This document shows positions 9,080 to 19,674 of a stretch of 64,000 bases of DNA, in pieces; positions within the stretch are counted from its first letter, which is position 1, and each line of letters begins with the position of its first letter. The notes below the pieces were generated by a model. It was not told the DNA's origin, searched no databases, and saw only the letters and a list, made by a program, of their open reading frames with translations. Position numbers and translations under genes: made by a program. Source of the stretch: Methanobacteriota archaeon (GTDB lineage: Archaea > Thermoplasmatota > Thermoplasmata > SG8-5 > JAGLSY01). Location: contig JAEHCQ010000004.1 of the NCBI GenBank assembly GCA_020696385.1, forward strand, positions 160,001 to 224,000, given 5' to 3'.

Positions 9080-12000
9080 TTATTTTTCCTCGTCAACGTC
9101 TGTTTCCTCGTTTGATGGTTCCTCAGAGTCTTCCTCTTCTTCAAGGTCTTCCTCGTCCTCTGGCTCTTCATCTTCTAGATCTTCTTCATCCTCATCAGAC
9201 TCTTCAGGATCTTCCTCTTCGGATGGCTCCTCAGAAACTTCCTCTTCATCATCATCATCCTTCTTGCGTCCAAGGATAAGGATCAATACAAGAACTACAA
9301 CGATTATGAGGAATATCCACCAATAATCGAGAATGCTGCCTTCGTCTTCGGCATCATCATCATCATCATCGTCACCAGTCGGTGTGTCATCGTCCACATC
9401 TGGAATGCCATCACCGTCATCATCAGTATCCTCATTGTCTCCAGTACCATCATCATCTGTGTCCGTATCCTCAGTTGCGTCATTCGGGAAGGCATCTGCA
9501 TTGTCGCCAGTTCCGTCTCCGTCCGTGTCTGTGTCTTCAGTTGCGTCATTCGGGAAGGCATCATCAACATCTGGCACACCATCTCCATCAGTGTCTATGG
9601 CAGTTGTATTGTCTGTTGGATCTGGTACACCGCTTCCCACTGTGATATTGAAGAATAAGCTGGCAATACCTCCATTTCCATCATCGACCTCCAGATGGAC
9701 CATGCTGGTAGAATTCATCGTTGGGGTCCCATTAACTATAAATGATGAAGTAAATGCGTTCGTTCCTATTGACAATGCGGAGTCCGGTGTCGTAATTGTT
9801 ACAGACATTATCAGTGTATCATTGTCCACATCGGTCACACCGATCACAAGATCATATTCCACACCAATAGTTCCTGCCGGGGCGGTGAAATCCTCGATAA
9901 CTGGAACATCATTGACATTTGTGACCGTCACGGTCACAATCGCATTCACAAGTAGCCCGCTGCCGTCTCCTATGGTGTAAGTGAATGTATCAATACCAAA
10001 GAAATCCGGATCTGGCACATATGTCACATTGAGCCCGGAATCGATTATCGCGACCGCGCCATTGGTTGGCTGGGTCACTGCAGATATGGTCAATGTGTCC
10101 CCATCTGGGTCACTGTCATTGTCCAGTACTTCTATCGTGGTTGCATCAGAGTCTTCGAGTACGGTTGCGGTATCATTGACCGCAACCGGTGCTTGATTGG
10201 TTGCAGTAACTGCCACAACGGTGACATTGACAGTCGCGGTATCCGAGCCACCGTTCCCATCGATGATCGTGTATGTGAAGGTGTCATTTCCACTAAAGTC
10301 AGCATCTGGTTCATATGACACATTGCCAGTTTCGAGCATCACTGTTCCGTCAGTTCCCTGGGTTATGGCATCAATGGTGAGGCTGTCGAGATCTATATCT
10401 CCATCATTTGCCAGAACGTCGATGTATATTATTCCACCATTTTCGTCCGCTGTGGCCGTGTCATCCACTGCCACAGGTGCATCATTCGTATTTGTGACTG
10501 TGACTGTCACTGTGGCCGTATCGGTAGCTCCATAAGCGTCTGTGATGGTGTACGTGAAGGTATTTATGCCATTGAAGTCCGCATCTGGTTCATATGCTAG
10601 GTCATCTGTTGTGAAGGTCACAGTACCATTGAGTGGTTGTGTCACACCAGTTATATTCAAAGGACCATCATCAATGTCATTTGCCAGCACATCAATGGTG
10701 TTCGCACCACTATCTTCAAGAACACTTGGCGCATCATTGACTGCCACTGGTGCTTGATTGGTAGATGTAAGCTCATAACCATCATTAGGATAAAGCCCCT
10801 CATCATATGTTGTGGCATTGACATTGACAGTACAGTTCATGATACCATTTGCCTGCACGGTCACATTTATCTCCCAGAATACTACCTGGCCCGGTGTCAT
10901 ATTGCCGATCTCCCATGATATATTACCCAGCCCCCAGAAGATCGTGGTTTGATTGGTAGACATATGCAATACCTCGGTAGGAAGATGAATGGTTGCATTG
11001 ACATCAATGGCATTGATCGTTCCATGATTGGTCACCGTGACATAGTAATGCAATGTATCGCTGACCATGACTGGATCGGCGGAATCCACTATCGTGATCT
11101 CCAGATCTGCTGAAGGTGGTGGTGTCAGGTATGCGTATGCCTGTAGGAATGGGTAAGTGTAGTTCTCGTGAATTCCCCAAATGCTTGTGAAGTCCCAGTT
11201 CGTGAATGTAGCTTGCATCATCATCTCAGTTGTGTTATAGGGAGTGATATCGGGAGCAGGTCCTCCTCCAATTACTCCAATTTCGATATCTGTGCCAGAT
11301 GTTTGATTGTCAAAATAACAGTCATTGATACCTCCATTTCCACGATATCCGATGAACCCACCGACTTCTGGAAGAGTTCCCGAGGCATTACCTGTGGAGT
11401 AAGATGTAAAAACACCATTATAGTTCTGGCCTATAAGACCACCAACATTCTGTAGGCCGATCACATCACCTTGTGCATAGCAATCTGTCACAGAGCTACC
11501 CCATTTGTTGCCTACCAGACCTCCAGCATTATCGCCTGTGGCAGTTACATCTCCAAGAGCGAATGATTGTGATATCTCAATATCTGAATAGCCACATAAG
11601 CCACCCACATCATCAACTCCATAGACATTCCCGGTAGCGTAAGACAAGGTGACGGTTCCGATCGTGTAGCCGATAAGACCTCCATGGCCGATTCCTCCGG
11701 ATGAGCCCACATCGCCAGTAGCATGGGACATGTTCACACCTCCTGTATTGTATCCTAAGAGTCCGCCCACATCGTCATTGCTTCCATTGACCATTCCATG
11801 GGCTGAGCATCCATAAATATCTGCATCATTATTCGCAATGAGCCCGGCTACTCCAGTGGTTCCATTTACATCTCCATAGGCTGTGCTATTATTGATTGTG
11901 ATGGTATTTGTCGTTGTCTCTCCTATGAGTCCGCCCACATCTGTTGTGCCTGTAGTGTATCCATATGTGGTGCAGCTTTCAACCAGCCCATCGGTCATCC

Positions 12001-13018
12001 AACCGATAAGACCTCCTACATTTCCACCAGAGCCAGTAGTGGTTCCTGAGGTCGTGCAGTTAATTATGCCACTGTTGGATGCTCCGATAATCCCTCCCAA
12101 ATATCCCAGGCCACTTAATTGAATATCTGATGTTGTGTTAAGAATGTTAGTATTGGCAAAGGACTGTCCAACAGCCCCGCCAGCATATGATGTTGTGCTT
12201 GAGAAGGTGCCACTTACCTGGCAGTTCTCCAAAAGGGCTCCATTGTTCATGAACCCTATCAGGCCGCCTGCATTGCTTCCAGTTGCGCTGGCATAAACAT
12301 CTGCGCTTGACATTTTTACCGTACCGCCAGTTCGTCCAATTATACCGCCCAGGAATTGATTTCCTGTTAAATTGAGCCTGGTCTGGCAGTTAATTATGTC
12401 AAGGACCGGATCAGCATATCCTCCAATGCCGCCTAAGTAATCTATACCTGTGATATCTCCGTAAACAACACAGTTCTCGATGATATCTGCCAGGCAGTAT
12501 CCTCCTATACCTGCGGTGTAGTTCTTGCCTGTGATATCAACACCATAAAGGGTCAGGTTCTTGACTATCGAGCCGACAGCCATCCCTCCGAATAGAGCCT
12601 GATAACTGCTGGTTCTGTTCATGAACAATCCATATATATCAAATCCCATGCCATCCAGAGAGCCAGAGAATAGAGGTCCTTCATGTGTTATCTCTGTTGA
12701 ATTGACCGTGTCATATGCGATAGGAACGAACCCCTCGTACGCTCCGGAGGTCCCATTAAGGTTCCATCCGGTCGTTTCCGTAGCGATGATATCATTTCCC
12801 AGTGCATAATGCGCTGTGAGATCATCACTCATATTTTGGAGCTCCCATACATTCTCGATAATGTATGGATCTCCAATAGAACCAGTACCTCCAGCAAAAG
12901 GACTTTCCTCATGTCCAGTTTCCCCAGAAGTTCCTGGCATCAAAACTACGCTCAAAGATACTGTGCTCATCAATATTGCTAATGCAATCGCTGTAATTTT
13001 TCCTCTCATATCAAACAC
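9080..13018 (-). CDS. Large cell-surface protein (GLUG repeats, DUF11-like, Ig/cadherin-like repeats, TSP3-like Ca-binding repeats, C-terminal TM and acidic tail)
   Basis: Signal peptide; many VGGLIG repeats; NxAPVAVND repeats; DTDGDG..D..DAFPND; WWIFLIIVVVLVLILIL followed by RKK and a D/E tail. Confidence 0.88.
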   Translation of the reverse strand: MFDMRGKITAIALAILMSTVSLSVVLMPGTSGETGHEESPFAGGTGSIGDPYIIENVWELQNMSDDLTAHYALGNDIIATETTGWNLNGTSGAYEGFVPIAYDTVNSTEITHEGPLFSGSLDGMGFDIYGLFMNRTSSYQALFGGMAVGSIVKNLTLYGVDITGKNYTAGIGGYCLADIIENCVVYGDITGIDYLGGIGGYADPVLDIINCQTRLNLTGNQFLGGIIGRTGGTVKMSSADVYASATGSNAGGLIGFMNNGALLENCQVSGTFSSTTSYAGGAVGQSFANTNILNTTSDIQLSGLGYLGGIIGASNSGIINCTTSGTTTGSGGNVGGLIGWMTDGLVESCTTYGYTTGTTDVGGLIGETTTNTITINNSTAYGDVNGTTGVAGLIANNDADIYGCSAHGMVNGSNDDVGGLLGYNTGGVNMSHATGDVGSSGGIGHGGLIGYTIGTVTLSYATGNVYGVDDVGGLCGYSDIEISQSFALGDVTATGDNAGGLVGNKWGSSVTDCYAQGDVIGLQNVGGLIGQNYNGVFTSYSTGNASGTLPEVGGFIGYRGNGGINDCYFDNQTSGTDIEIGVIGGGPAPDITPYNTTEMMMQATFTNWDFTSIWGIHENYTYPFLQAYAYLTPPPSADLEITIVDSADPVMVSDTLHYYVTVTNHGTINAIDVNATIHLPTEVLHMSTNQTTIFWGLGNISWEIGNMTPGQVVFWEINVTVQANGIMNCTVNVNATTYDEGLYPNDGYELTSTNQAPVAVNDAPSVLEDSGANTIDVLANDIDDGPLNITGVTQPLNGTVTFTTDDLAYEPDADFNGINTFTYTITDAYGATDTATVTVTVTNTNDAPVAVDDTATADENGGIIYIDVLANDGDIDLDSLTIDAITQGTDGTVMLETGNVSYEPDADFSGNDTFTYTIIDGNGGSDTATVNVTVVAVTATNQAPVAVNDTATVLEDSDATTIEVLDNDSDPDGDTLTISAVTQPTNGAVAIIDSGLNVTYVPDPDFFGIDTFTYTIGDGSGLLVNAIVTVTVTNVNDVPVIEDFTAPAGTIGVEYDLVIGVTDVDNDTLIMSVTITTPDSALSIGTNAFTSSFIVNGTPTMNSTSMVHLEVDDGNGGIASLFFNITVGSGVPDPTDNTTAIDTDGDGVPDVDDAFPNDATEDTDTDGDGTGDNADAFPNDATEDTDTDDDGTGDNEDTDDDGDGIPDVDDDTPTGDDDDDDDAEDEGSILDYWWIFLIIVVVLVLILILGRKKDDDDEEEVSEEPSEEEDPEESDEDEEDLEDEEPEDEEDLEEEEDSEEPSNEETDVDEEK
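9471..9562. repeat. Coding direct repeat (26 nt x2, 66-nt period) encoding DAFPNDATE
   Basis: TCAGTTGCGTCATTCGGGAAGGCATC at 9471 and 9537. Confidence 0.9.
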
Positions 13019-13168
13019 ACCCTCGCTTGTGTTACCTATTAATTAGATAAAGTAGAGGATATTTCTCATATGTGATAAAGGTTATCTAAACAATGTTATA
13101 GCTTTTAGATCTAAATTTTGCCCTAAAGTTTATGAAATGCAAATCATTGTCCGGGCTTGGAGATATAC

Positions 13169-14815
13169 ATGACCGAGTACAAGGCCCCGAGAGGAAATGA
13201 CATCACCTGCGAGAACTGGCGCATCGAAGCCATACTGAGAACACTCCATAATAATCTGGAGAATGCGGAGAGACCGGATGACCTCATCATCTATGGTGGG
13301 ACAGGAAAAGCCGCCCGCAACCACGAATCACTGGCTGCCATAATCCGCTCTCTCAGAGGCTTGAAATCTGATGAGACCCTTCTTATCCAATCAGGCAAGC
13401 CAGTCGGCATATTCCGAACCTTCGAGAATTCCCCTCGTGTACTCATCGCCAACTCCAATCTGGTTGGTAATTGGTCCAATTGGGAGCATTTCAATGAGCT
13501 GGAAGCAAAGGGTCTGATGATGTATGGCCAGATGACTGCCGGCTCCTGGTGTTATATCGGGACTCAGGGCATTATACAGGGTACTTATGAGACATTTGCC
13601 GCCCTCGCGGACAAGCATTATGGTGGTTCCTTCGAAGGCAAGTTCTGCCTAACTGGCGGTATGGGCGGTATGGGAGGAGCTCAACCTCTGTCCATCAAGA
13701 TGGCTGGCGGTGTCGGCCTGGTCGTGGAAGTGGATGAATCCCGCATTCAAAGACGATTGAACGCGGGCTTTTGCGACGTCATGGTGAAGGATCTGAACGA
13801 GGCACTGGCTCTTGTAGATCTGGCAAGGAAAGAAGGCAAAGCCACATCCATCGGTCTGCTGGGCAATGCAGCTGATATATTCCCCGAGATGGTCAAGCGG
13901 GGCATAGTGCCGGATGTCGTAACGGATCAGACATCTGCTCATGACGAATTGAACGGTTATGTGCCAAAGGGTTACTGGGGAGCCACCCTTGAAAAAGCCG
14001 ATGAACTGAGAAAGAACAATCCGGAGCAATACAAATCTGAATCAATGCAGTCGATGAAAGAGCACTGCAAGGCGATGGTGGACTTCCAGAAGATGGGGTC
14101 AGTTGTCTTCGATTATGGAAATAATCTGAGAGGCCAGGCAAAGAAAGCTGGACTCCAGGACGCATTCGCTTATCCGGGCTTCGTGCTGGCATATGTGCGC
14201 CCGCTGTTCTGCGAAGGAAGAGGGCCATTCAGGTGGATCGCACTAACTGGCAATGCGGAGGACATTCTCAAGACCGACAGGGCGATAAAAGCCACTTTCC
14301 CTGACAATAAACTTTTGATGAACTGGATCGACCTGGCAGAGGAACACCTGCCATGGGAAGGCCTGCCCGCGAGAGTATGCTGGCTTGGCTACGGGGAAAG
14401 AATGAAATTCGCGCTTATCATGAATAAAATGGTCCGAGACAAGGAGATCGGGCCGATAGCTATCACGAGGGATCATCTGGACTCCGGTTCGGTAGCATCT
14501 CCGAACCGTGAAACTGAAGGCATGAAGGACGGGACCGATGCGGTGGCAGACTGGCCGCTGCTAAGCGCTCTAATAAACGCCTCCGCGGGAGCGGACATGG
14601 TCGCACTGCACAATGGCGGAGGAGTAGGAATTGGACTCAGCCAGCACAGCGGGATGATAGTTGTTTGCGATGGCACAGAAGACACGGACGAGCGCATAAA
14701 ACGAGTATTCACGACAGATCCCGGCATGGGAGTCATAAGACACGCGGATGCGGGGTACGAGATCGCGATAAGAACGGCCAAGGAAAAAGGTGTTAGAATT
14801 CCGATGCTGGAATAA
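13169..14815 (+). CDS. hutU: Urocanate hydratase
   Basis: IYGGTGKAARN, MYGQMTAGSW, GMGGMGGAQP, TDQTSAHD, RDHLDSGSVASPNRETE. Confidence 0.97.
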   Translation: MTEYKAPRGNDITCENWRIEAILRTLHNNLENAERPDDLIIYGGTGKAARNHESLAAIIRSLRGLKSDETLLIQSGKPVGIFRTFENSPRVLIANSNLVGNWSNWEHFNELEAKGLMMYGQMTAGSWCYIGTQGIIQGTYETFAALADKHYGGSFEGKFCLTGGMGGMGGAQPLSIKMAGGVGLVVEVDESRIQRRLNAGFCDVMVKDLNEALALVDLARKEGKATSIGLLGNAADIFPEMVKRGIVPDVVTDQTSAHDELNGYVPKGYWGATLEKADELRKNNPEQYKSESMQSMKEHCKAMVDFQKMGSVVFDYGNNLRGQAKKAGLQDAFAYPGFVLAYVRPLFCEGRGPFRWIALTGNAEDILKTDRAIKATFPDNKLLMNWIDLAEEHLPWEGLPARVCWLGYGERMKFALIMNKMVRDKEIGPIAITRDHLDSGSVASPNRETEGMKDGTDAVADWPLLSALINASAGADMVALHNGGGVGIGLSQHSGMIVVCDGTEDTDERIKRVFTTDPGMGVIRHADAGYEIAIRTAKEKGVRIPMLE

Positions 14816-14865
14816 GTATATTCTATGCATTATAATTCCAGCAGTATGTCAGTATTTTCCCAACG

Positions 14866-15096
14866 GCATGCCCCGTCTGGATGATTCATAGATAATTCAT
14901 TAGGGCGGGGTACTATATTCAATGAGGATTCAAGTGACAGTCACAGAGTGCTCTGATATTCGGAACCCCGTCAGGAGTTCAACGATGGGCGGGGGGGTCA
15001 CTCTTTCTGAAGCCCCAAAACACGCCACCATCCGCCCCCGCCCTCACTGGGACATTGAATTCACCCACCCACGTTTGAGAGGATTGGAAGAATTGA
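14866..15096 (+). repeat. Structured intergenic repeat, family A copy 1 (downstream of hutU)
   Basis: GCATGCCCC...GGGGTACTATATTC-N12-AGTGACAGT is shared with 19159-19222. Confidence 0.6.
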
Positions 15097-15113
15097 AGAA
15101 ATTATAACTACAC

Positions 15114-16031
15114 CTATTCCTCAGAATACCCGATCTTGAACTCAGAAAAATCCTCTGCCACAACCACATTTTCAAAGGTCGTTTTCGCATCAGCCAGAAC
15201 TATATCTCCACCATCGTATCTTGGGCTGATGTGAGTTAAGATAAGCATCTTTACTCCGGCATCCCTGGCGATCTCCGCCGCCTGTTTCGCGGTCGAATGG
15301 CCATATTCATTGGCCTTCTGTTCAAGGGTTGTATCGGCTGTCGCCTCGTGTATCAGGACATCCGCATCCTTCGCAAGCTCCTGGATGATATTGCTGGGGC
15401 CAGTATCTCCCGAATAAACGATCTTCAAACCTTTTCTGGGCGGGCCGAGGACCATGTCCGGTGTGAAGGTCTTGCCGTCATGCTCCACTGTCTTGCCCTG
15501 CTGGAGCTGGCTGAATAATTTTCCCTCTGGAATGCCAAGCTTCAGAGCCTTTGGTTTATCGAATTTCCCAGGCCGTGGATGCTCTTCCAAGGAGTAGGCC
15601 AGTGCGGGAATCGAGTGGTTCGCCTCGGCCACTCTGATCAAGTACCCGTCATCCTCGAAATCCAGTTCATCACCAGGATCGACATCGTGGAGTTTGATCG
15701 CGTATTTTGATTCGAAATACCCCTGCTCAAGAAGTACCCGGACAGTTTCAATCGTCCCCTCTGGTCCGTAGACTTCGAGTGGAGCCTCACGGTTGTTCAA
15801 TGACATGGACTGGATCAATCCCGGCAGTCCGAGAAAATGATCTCCATGGAAATGAGTGATGAATATGCGCTTTATCTGCATGAATGACACCGACGAGATC
15901 ATGAGCTGGCGCTGGGTCCCCTCTCCGCAATCAAAGAGAATGATCTCCTTACCTCTCTTGACAGCCAGTGCTGAAACATTACGATCTGGTGACGGCCAAC
16001 TTCCTCCGGTTCCGAGAAATACTATCTGCAT
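15114..16031 (-). CDS. rnz: Ribonuclease Z
   Basis: FLGTGG, FDCGEGTQRQ, THFHGDH, GIPEG exosite, SGDT, HEAT, HST; start refined to ATG 16031. Confidence 0.96.
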   Translation of the reverse strand: MQIVFLGTGGSWPSPDRNVSALAVKRGKEIILFDCGEGTQRQLMISSVSFMQIKRIFITHFHGDHFLGLPGLIQSMSLNNREAPLEVYGPEGTIETVRVLLEQGYFESKYAIKLHDVDPGDELDFEDDGYLIRVAEANHSIPALAYSLEEHPRPGKFDKPKALKLGIPEGKLFSQLQQGKTVEHDGKTFTPDMVLGPPRKGLKIVYSGDTGPSNIIQELAKDADVLIHEATADTTLEQKANEYGHSTAKQAAEIARDAGVKMLILTHISPRYDGGDIVLADAKTTFENVVVAEDFSEFKIGYSEE

Positions 16032-16173
16032 GCTGGTTTGAAAGATAAGGCAAGTTATAAGTTTTATGCAGGATGTCACTCCTGGTTTCGTCCTAAACTC
16101 CCACCCTTGCGCCCCTGCATTGCTGAGTGGATACCATATTATAGACTACTTGTCTTATCACTCTTGTGGGATT

Positions 16174-16962
16174 ATGATGGAAGAGGAAACTAAATTTATC
16201 AAACTGAAAAAGTTCAACATGTTCATGGGAATACTGCATTTGATCCAGGGTGCATTGATGCTGGTCTTGAGCAATGATTTTACATTGCCAGTGACAAGAA
16301 GTTATCTTAAAGCTGCAGCAGGCTCCGGCATTGGAGGTGGAATGCCTCAACTGATCCAGGCAAATGTTGTGCTATTTGATGTCTGGATAGGACCCTTAGT
16401 GGCATCATTCCTATTTATATCTGGAATTGCACATTTGCTGATCTCTACAGTCCTCTTTGATAAATACAAGGTAGGCTTGATCAGGGGTCAGAACCGCTTC
16501 AGATGGTATGAGTATGCGGTAAGTTCCTCGGTCATGATTGTTGTGATCAGTATGCTCGTTGGAATAACGGATATCGGTACGCTGATGCTGGCATTCTTCC
16601 TGAACATGATGATGATCTTATTCGGGCTCATCATGGAAGTGGTGAACGAGAAACGGGGGAAACTTTACTGGGCACCCTTCTGGTTTGGCTGTATTGCCGG
16701 AGCAATTCCATGGGTGGTGATCTTCATTTGGCTTTTTGGAGCTGGTGGTGATGGCGGTGGTCCTCCAACATTTGTTTATTACATATTTCTGAGCATGGGC
16801 GTATTCTTCAATACCTTTGCATTAAACATGTGGCTTCAGTATGCTAAAAAGGGTAAATGGGCCGATTATTTGTACGGTGAGAGGATGTATATTATTCTCA
16901 GCTTGGTAGCAAAATCATTGTTGGCATGGCAAGTATTTGCAGGAACCCTGAGACCGGCTTAA
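16174..16962 (+). CDS. heR: Heliorhodopsin
   Basis: LHLIQG, NRFRWYEYAVSSS, GERMYIILSLVAKSLLAWQVF (retinal-binding Lys); 7 TM. Confidence 0.95.
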   Translation: MMEEETKFIKLKKFNMFMGILHLIQGALMLVLSNDFTLPVTRSYLKAAAGSGIGGGMPQLIQANVVLFDVWIGPLVASFLFISGIAHLLISTVLFDKYKVGLIRGQNRFRWYEYAVSSSVMIVVISMLVGITDIGTLMLAFFLNMMMILFGLIMEVVNEKRGKLYWAPFWFGCIAGAIPWVVIFIWLFGAGGDGGGPPTFVYYIFLSMGVFFNTFALNMWLQYAKKGKWADYLYGERMYIILSLVAKSLLAWQVFAGTLRPA

Positions 16963-17477
16963 TCCAGAATCTCAATTCCAACCTCGTTTCGACGCATAAA
17001 GCCAGGTGCAAATGGTGAGTTGTAGCGCATGAGGAATATATCGTTCTTGGTCCTGATATTATTGTCAGCCAGTATTCCTATCAGCTCGGTTCCTTTTTGT
17101 TCAATCAGATTGGGATTCGTCCGACCACGGAACTTCAGTACCGCAAATTTCCTGGCTGGCTGGATATGGATCTTTATACGACCATCTTTAGGTTTTGGAA
17201 TTGTTTCCAGTGAATAATTATCTGGCATTACAAAGGTGAAAAATCGATCATTGGAAATAACTGGCGCTGTCATTTTGATCTTTTCAGAATTGACAACCGG
17301 TGCTGTCATGGAAATCTTCTGCTGGCTTGAATTGTAGCCTGATATGTAATTGAAAAGTATGCCGAAGGATGAATCATCCTGAACTCCGATCACTGTAGCC
17401 AGCAAGATATCTGGATACTGGCGTATCTCAACCTTTTCAATTTTATTTATAATTTTATAATCTGTCTGTTCAACCAT
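16959..17477 (-). CDS. SOUL/heme-binding protein
   Basis: VEIRQY, FGILFNYISGYN, KISMTAPV, YNSPF...RRNEV. Confidence 0.92.
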   Translation of the reverse strand: MVEQTDYKIINKIEKVEIRQYPDILLATVIGVQDDSSFGILFNYISGYNSSQQKISMTAPVVNSEKIKMTAPVISNDRFFTFVMPDNYSLETIPKPKDGRIKIHIQPARKFAVLKFRGRTNPNLIEQKGTELIGILADNNIRTKNDIFLMRYNSPFAPGFMRRNEVGIEILD

Positions 17478-17584
17478 TACTTCACCATATGATTGAATTC
17501 ATGATTAAAGGTTATCCCAAATGATTCCCCTATCAAAGGCTTACTTTTATATTCGGTTTTCGTATTCTCGGAAACCATGAGAGG

Positions 17585-19117
17585 GTGAGTGAAATGACTT
17601 TGATAATTACTGGAAATGACCTTAAGATCGAAGATGTCGTGAATGTGGCCAGACATGGCGAGAAGGTGGAGATAGATCCCCTCGCGGTGGAGCGCATTAA
17701 CAAGTGCCGCGCGATGCTGGAGAGGAAGATCGAGGCCAATGAGATCATGTATGGTGTGAACACTGGTATCGGTGAATTCTCCGAGGTTGTTCTCAATGAT
17801 GACCAGGTCAAGGATTTTCAGAAATATCTTGTCTACAACCACGCCGCTGGAATAGGGGATCCAGCGCCCATCGAGTACGTGAGAGGAGCCATGCTGGGCA
17901 GGATTAATGTCCACTCACACGGAAACTCCGGTTGCCGTCTAGATATCACTCAGACCCTTGTCGATATGCTTAACAAGGGCGTGACCCCGTTTGTCTGCCA
18001 GAAGGGTTCTGTCGGTGCAAGTGGCGATCTCGCCCCAATGTCCCAGATAGCTCTACTTTTGATGGGCGAGGGACAGGCCTATTTCGAGGGCGAACTTCTC
18101 GATGGAAAAGAAGCCATGGACAAGGCCGGCATTCCAATACCTGGCTTGCAGGCTCGCGACGGACTGGCGACAATCAATGGTTCCAATGTTCTAACCGCGA
18201 TGAGCGCGATATTCCTTTACGATGCCATGAGGTGGCTGAAACAAGCGGAAATAGCCGCCGCGATGTCCTTGGAAGCACTCAAGGCGAACATGAAGCCATA
18301 CACTTCCAGGCTTCATGAAGTACGCGGATTCCAGGGCGCGGTCAGATCTGCCAATGCGATCAATATGCTTATTGCCGACGGCGACCTCAAAGAACAGCGC
18401 ATCAAAGTGAAAGTCCAGGACGCTTATAGTATGAGATCCAGCCCCCAGGTCATCGGAGCCGCACATGACGCTCTCCGATGGGCCAGAAGTCAGGTCGAAA
18501 TCGAGCTCAATGGCGTGGGCGACAATCCAATTTTCTTCCCGGATGAGAACATGGCACTTTCAGGAGCTAATTTCCAGGGCTCGCCAGTATCTCTGCCGAT
18601 GGACATGGCCGGCATAGCGATCACCATGGTCAGCGTGCTTTCAGAAAGGCGGATGAACCGTCTTAATAATCCGGCTTTATCAGAGGGTTTGCCACCATTC
18701 CTGACAAAAGGCGCAGGAATGTTCTCCGGACTTATGTTAAGTCAGTACACGGCGGATATGCAGATCGTGGAGCAGCGAATTCTATCTGCTCCAGCAAGCA
18801 TCCAGTCAATTCCAGCAGCAGCCGATCAGGAGGATTTCGTATCAATGGGTATGAACACCGCCATTAAAAATTTCCAGATCTTGGACAATGCCTACGGCAT
18901 CCTGGGTATCGAGCTGATGGCCGCCGCTCAGGCATTGGATCTCAGAGATTTCAAATTCGGAATCGGGACCACGAAGGCGAAAGAAGTCATTCGTCGCCAT
19001 GTGGACTATCTGGAGATCGACAGGCCACTGTACACCGACCACACGAACATGAAGGAACTGGTCCGATCTGGCGAGATACTGGATGAAGTGGAGAAGGTTG
19101 TTGGAAGCTTGGGATGA
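17585..19117 (+). CDS. hutH: Histidine ammonia-lyase (MIO family)
   Basis: YGVNTGIG, GSVGASGDLAP (ASG MIO triad), QDAYSMR, DNP, QEDFVSM; hutU nearby. Confidence 0.88.
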   Translation: MSEMTLIITGNDLKIEDVVNVARHGEKVEIDPLAVERINKCRAMLERKIEANEIMYGVNTGIGEFSEVVLNDDQVKDFQKYLVYNHAAGIGDPAPIEYVRGAMLGRINVHSHGNSGCRLDITQTLVDMLNKGVTPFVCQKGSVGASGDLAPMSQIALLLMGEGQAYFEGELLDGKEAMDKAGIPIPGLQARDGLATINGSNVLTAMSAIFLYDAMRWLKQAEIAAAMSLEALKANMKPYTSRLHEVRGFQGAVRSANAINMLIADGDLKEQRIKVKVQDAYSMRSSPQVIGAAHDALRWARSQVEIELNGVGDNPIFFPDENMALSGANFQGSPVSLPMDMAGIAITMVSVLSERRMNRLNNPALSEGLPPFLTKGAGMFSGLMLSQYTADMQIVEQRILSAPASIQSIPAAADQEDFVSMGMNTAIKNFQILDNAYGILGIELMAAAQALDLRDFKFGIGTTKAKEVIRRHVDYLEIDRPLYTDHTNMKELVRSGEILDEVEKVVGSLG

Positions 19118-19158
19118 AAAACCTGATTGCAATAATATGCAAGGCGATAATTATTCGA

Positions 19159-19375
19159 GCATGCCCCAGGGCGAGAGACGCAGACCTGGGGTACTATATT
19201 CTATATCTCAGTGAGTGACAGTTGCGATGTGCCAGTAAAAAGATAACCTCCTCGCTCAAGACAAGTTTAGGAGTGTATTGTTAGCCTTGTTCAGAATGCG
19301 AGGAGTCAAATTAAGCCCCGCTCCGAGTGACGCAGGGGCGGGGTCCTTATCCACACCCAGCATAAGAAATTGAAA
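19159..19375 (+). repeat. Structured intergenic repeat, family A copy 2 (downstream of hutH)
   Basis: Same motifs and N12 spacing as the 14866 copy; two GC-rich hairpins with GAG(A/T)GACGCAG. Confidence 0.6.
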
Positions 19376-19415
19376 CTCTAAACACTCATAAGTATGAGGC
19401 TAAACCTCTGAGATT

Positions 19416-19607
19416 CCCACCCCATCAATTGGCAATTCCCCCCACCCGACCACAGAATCATCTGGCTACTCCGTATCCAGAAGATTAATTGAATCGCTAT
19501 GCAATTCAATTCGCTGGCTGTATTTCGGATCGCACAGCATCCCGAAATACTCTTTCGTGTAATTGACACGAAAGACAACCCGACCCCCTTTTGTCTGCTC
19601 GGAGTTA
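19416..19607 (-). repeat. Modular palindromic repeat, family B
   Basis: 19520-19577 is a 53/58 inverted match to 23593-23650; the ends match 46723-46800. Confidence 0.8.
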
Positions 19608-19674
19608 TTTCCTATATATTTGTCATATCGATACATTTAATAATCAAAATCAAATTCAAAGGTCTGGTTAAAAC

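Noticed and set aside
9304-10757. Long opposite-strand and alternative-frame ORFs over the surface protein (and similar ones elsewhere)
   Set aside because: They are low-complexity shadows of codon bias in recognisable genes.
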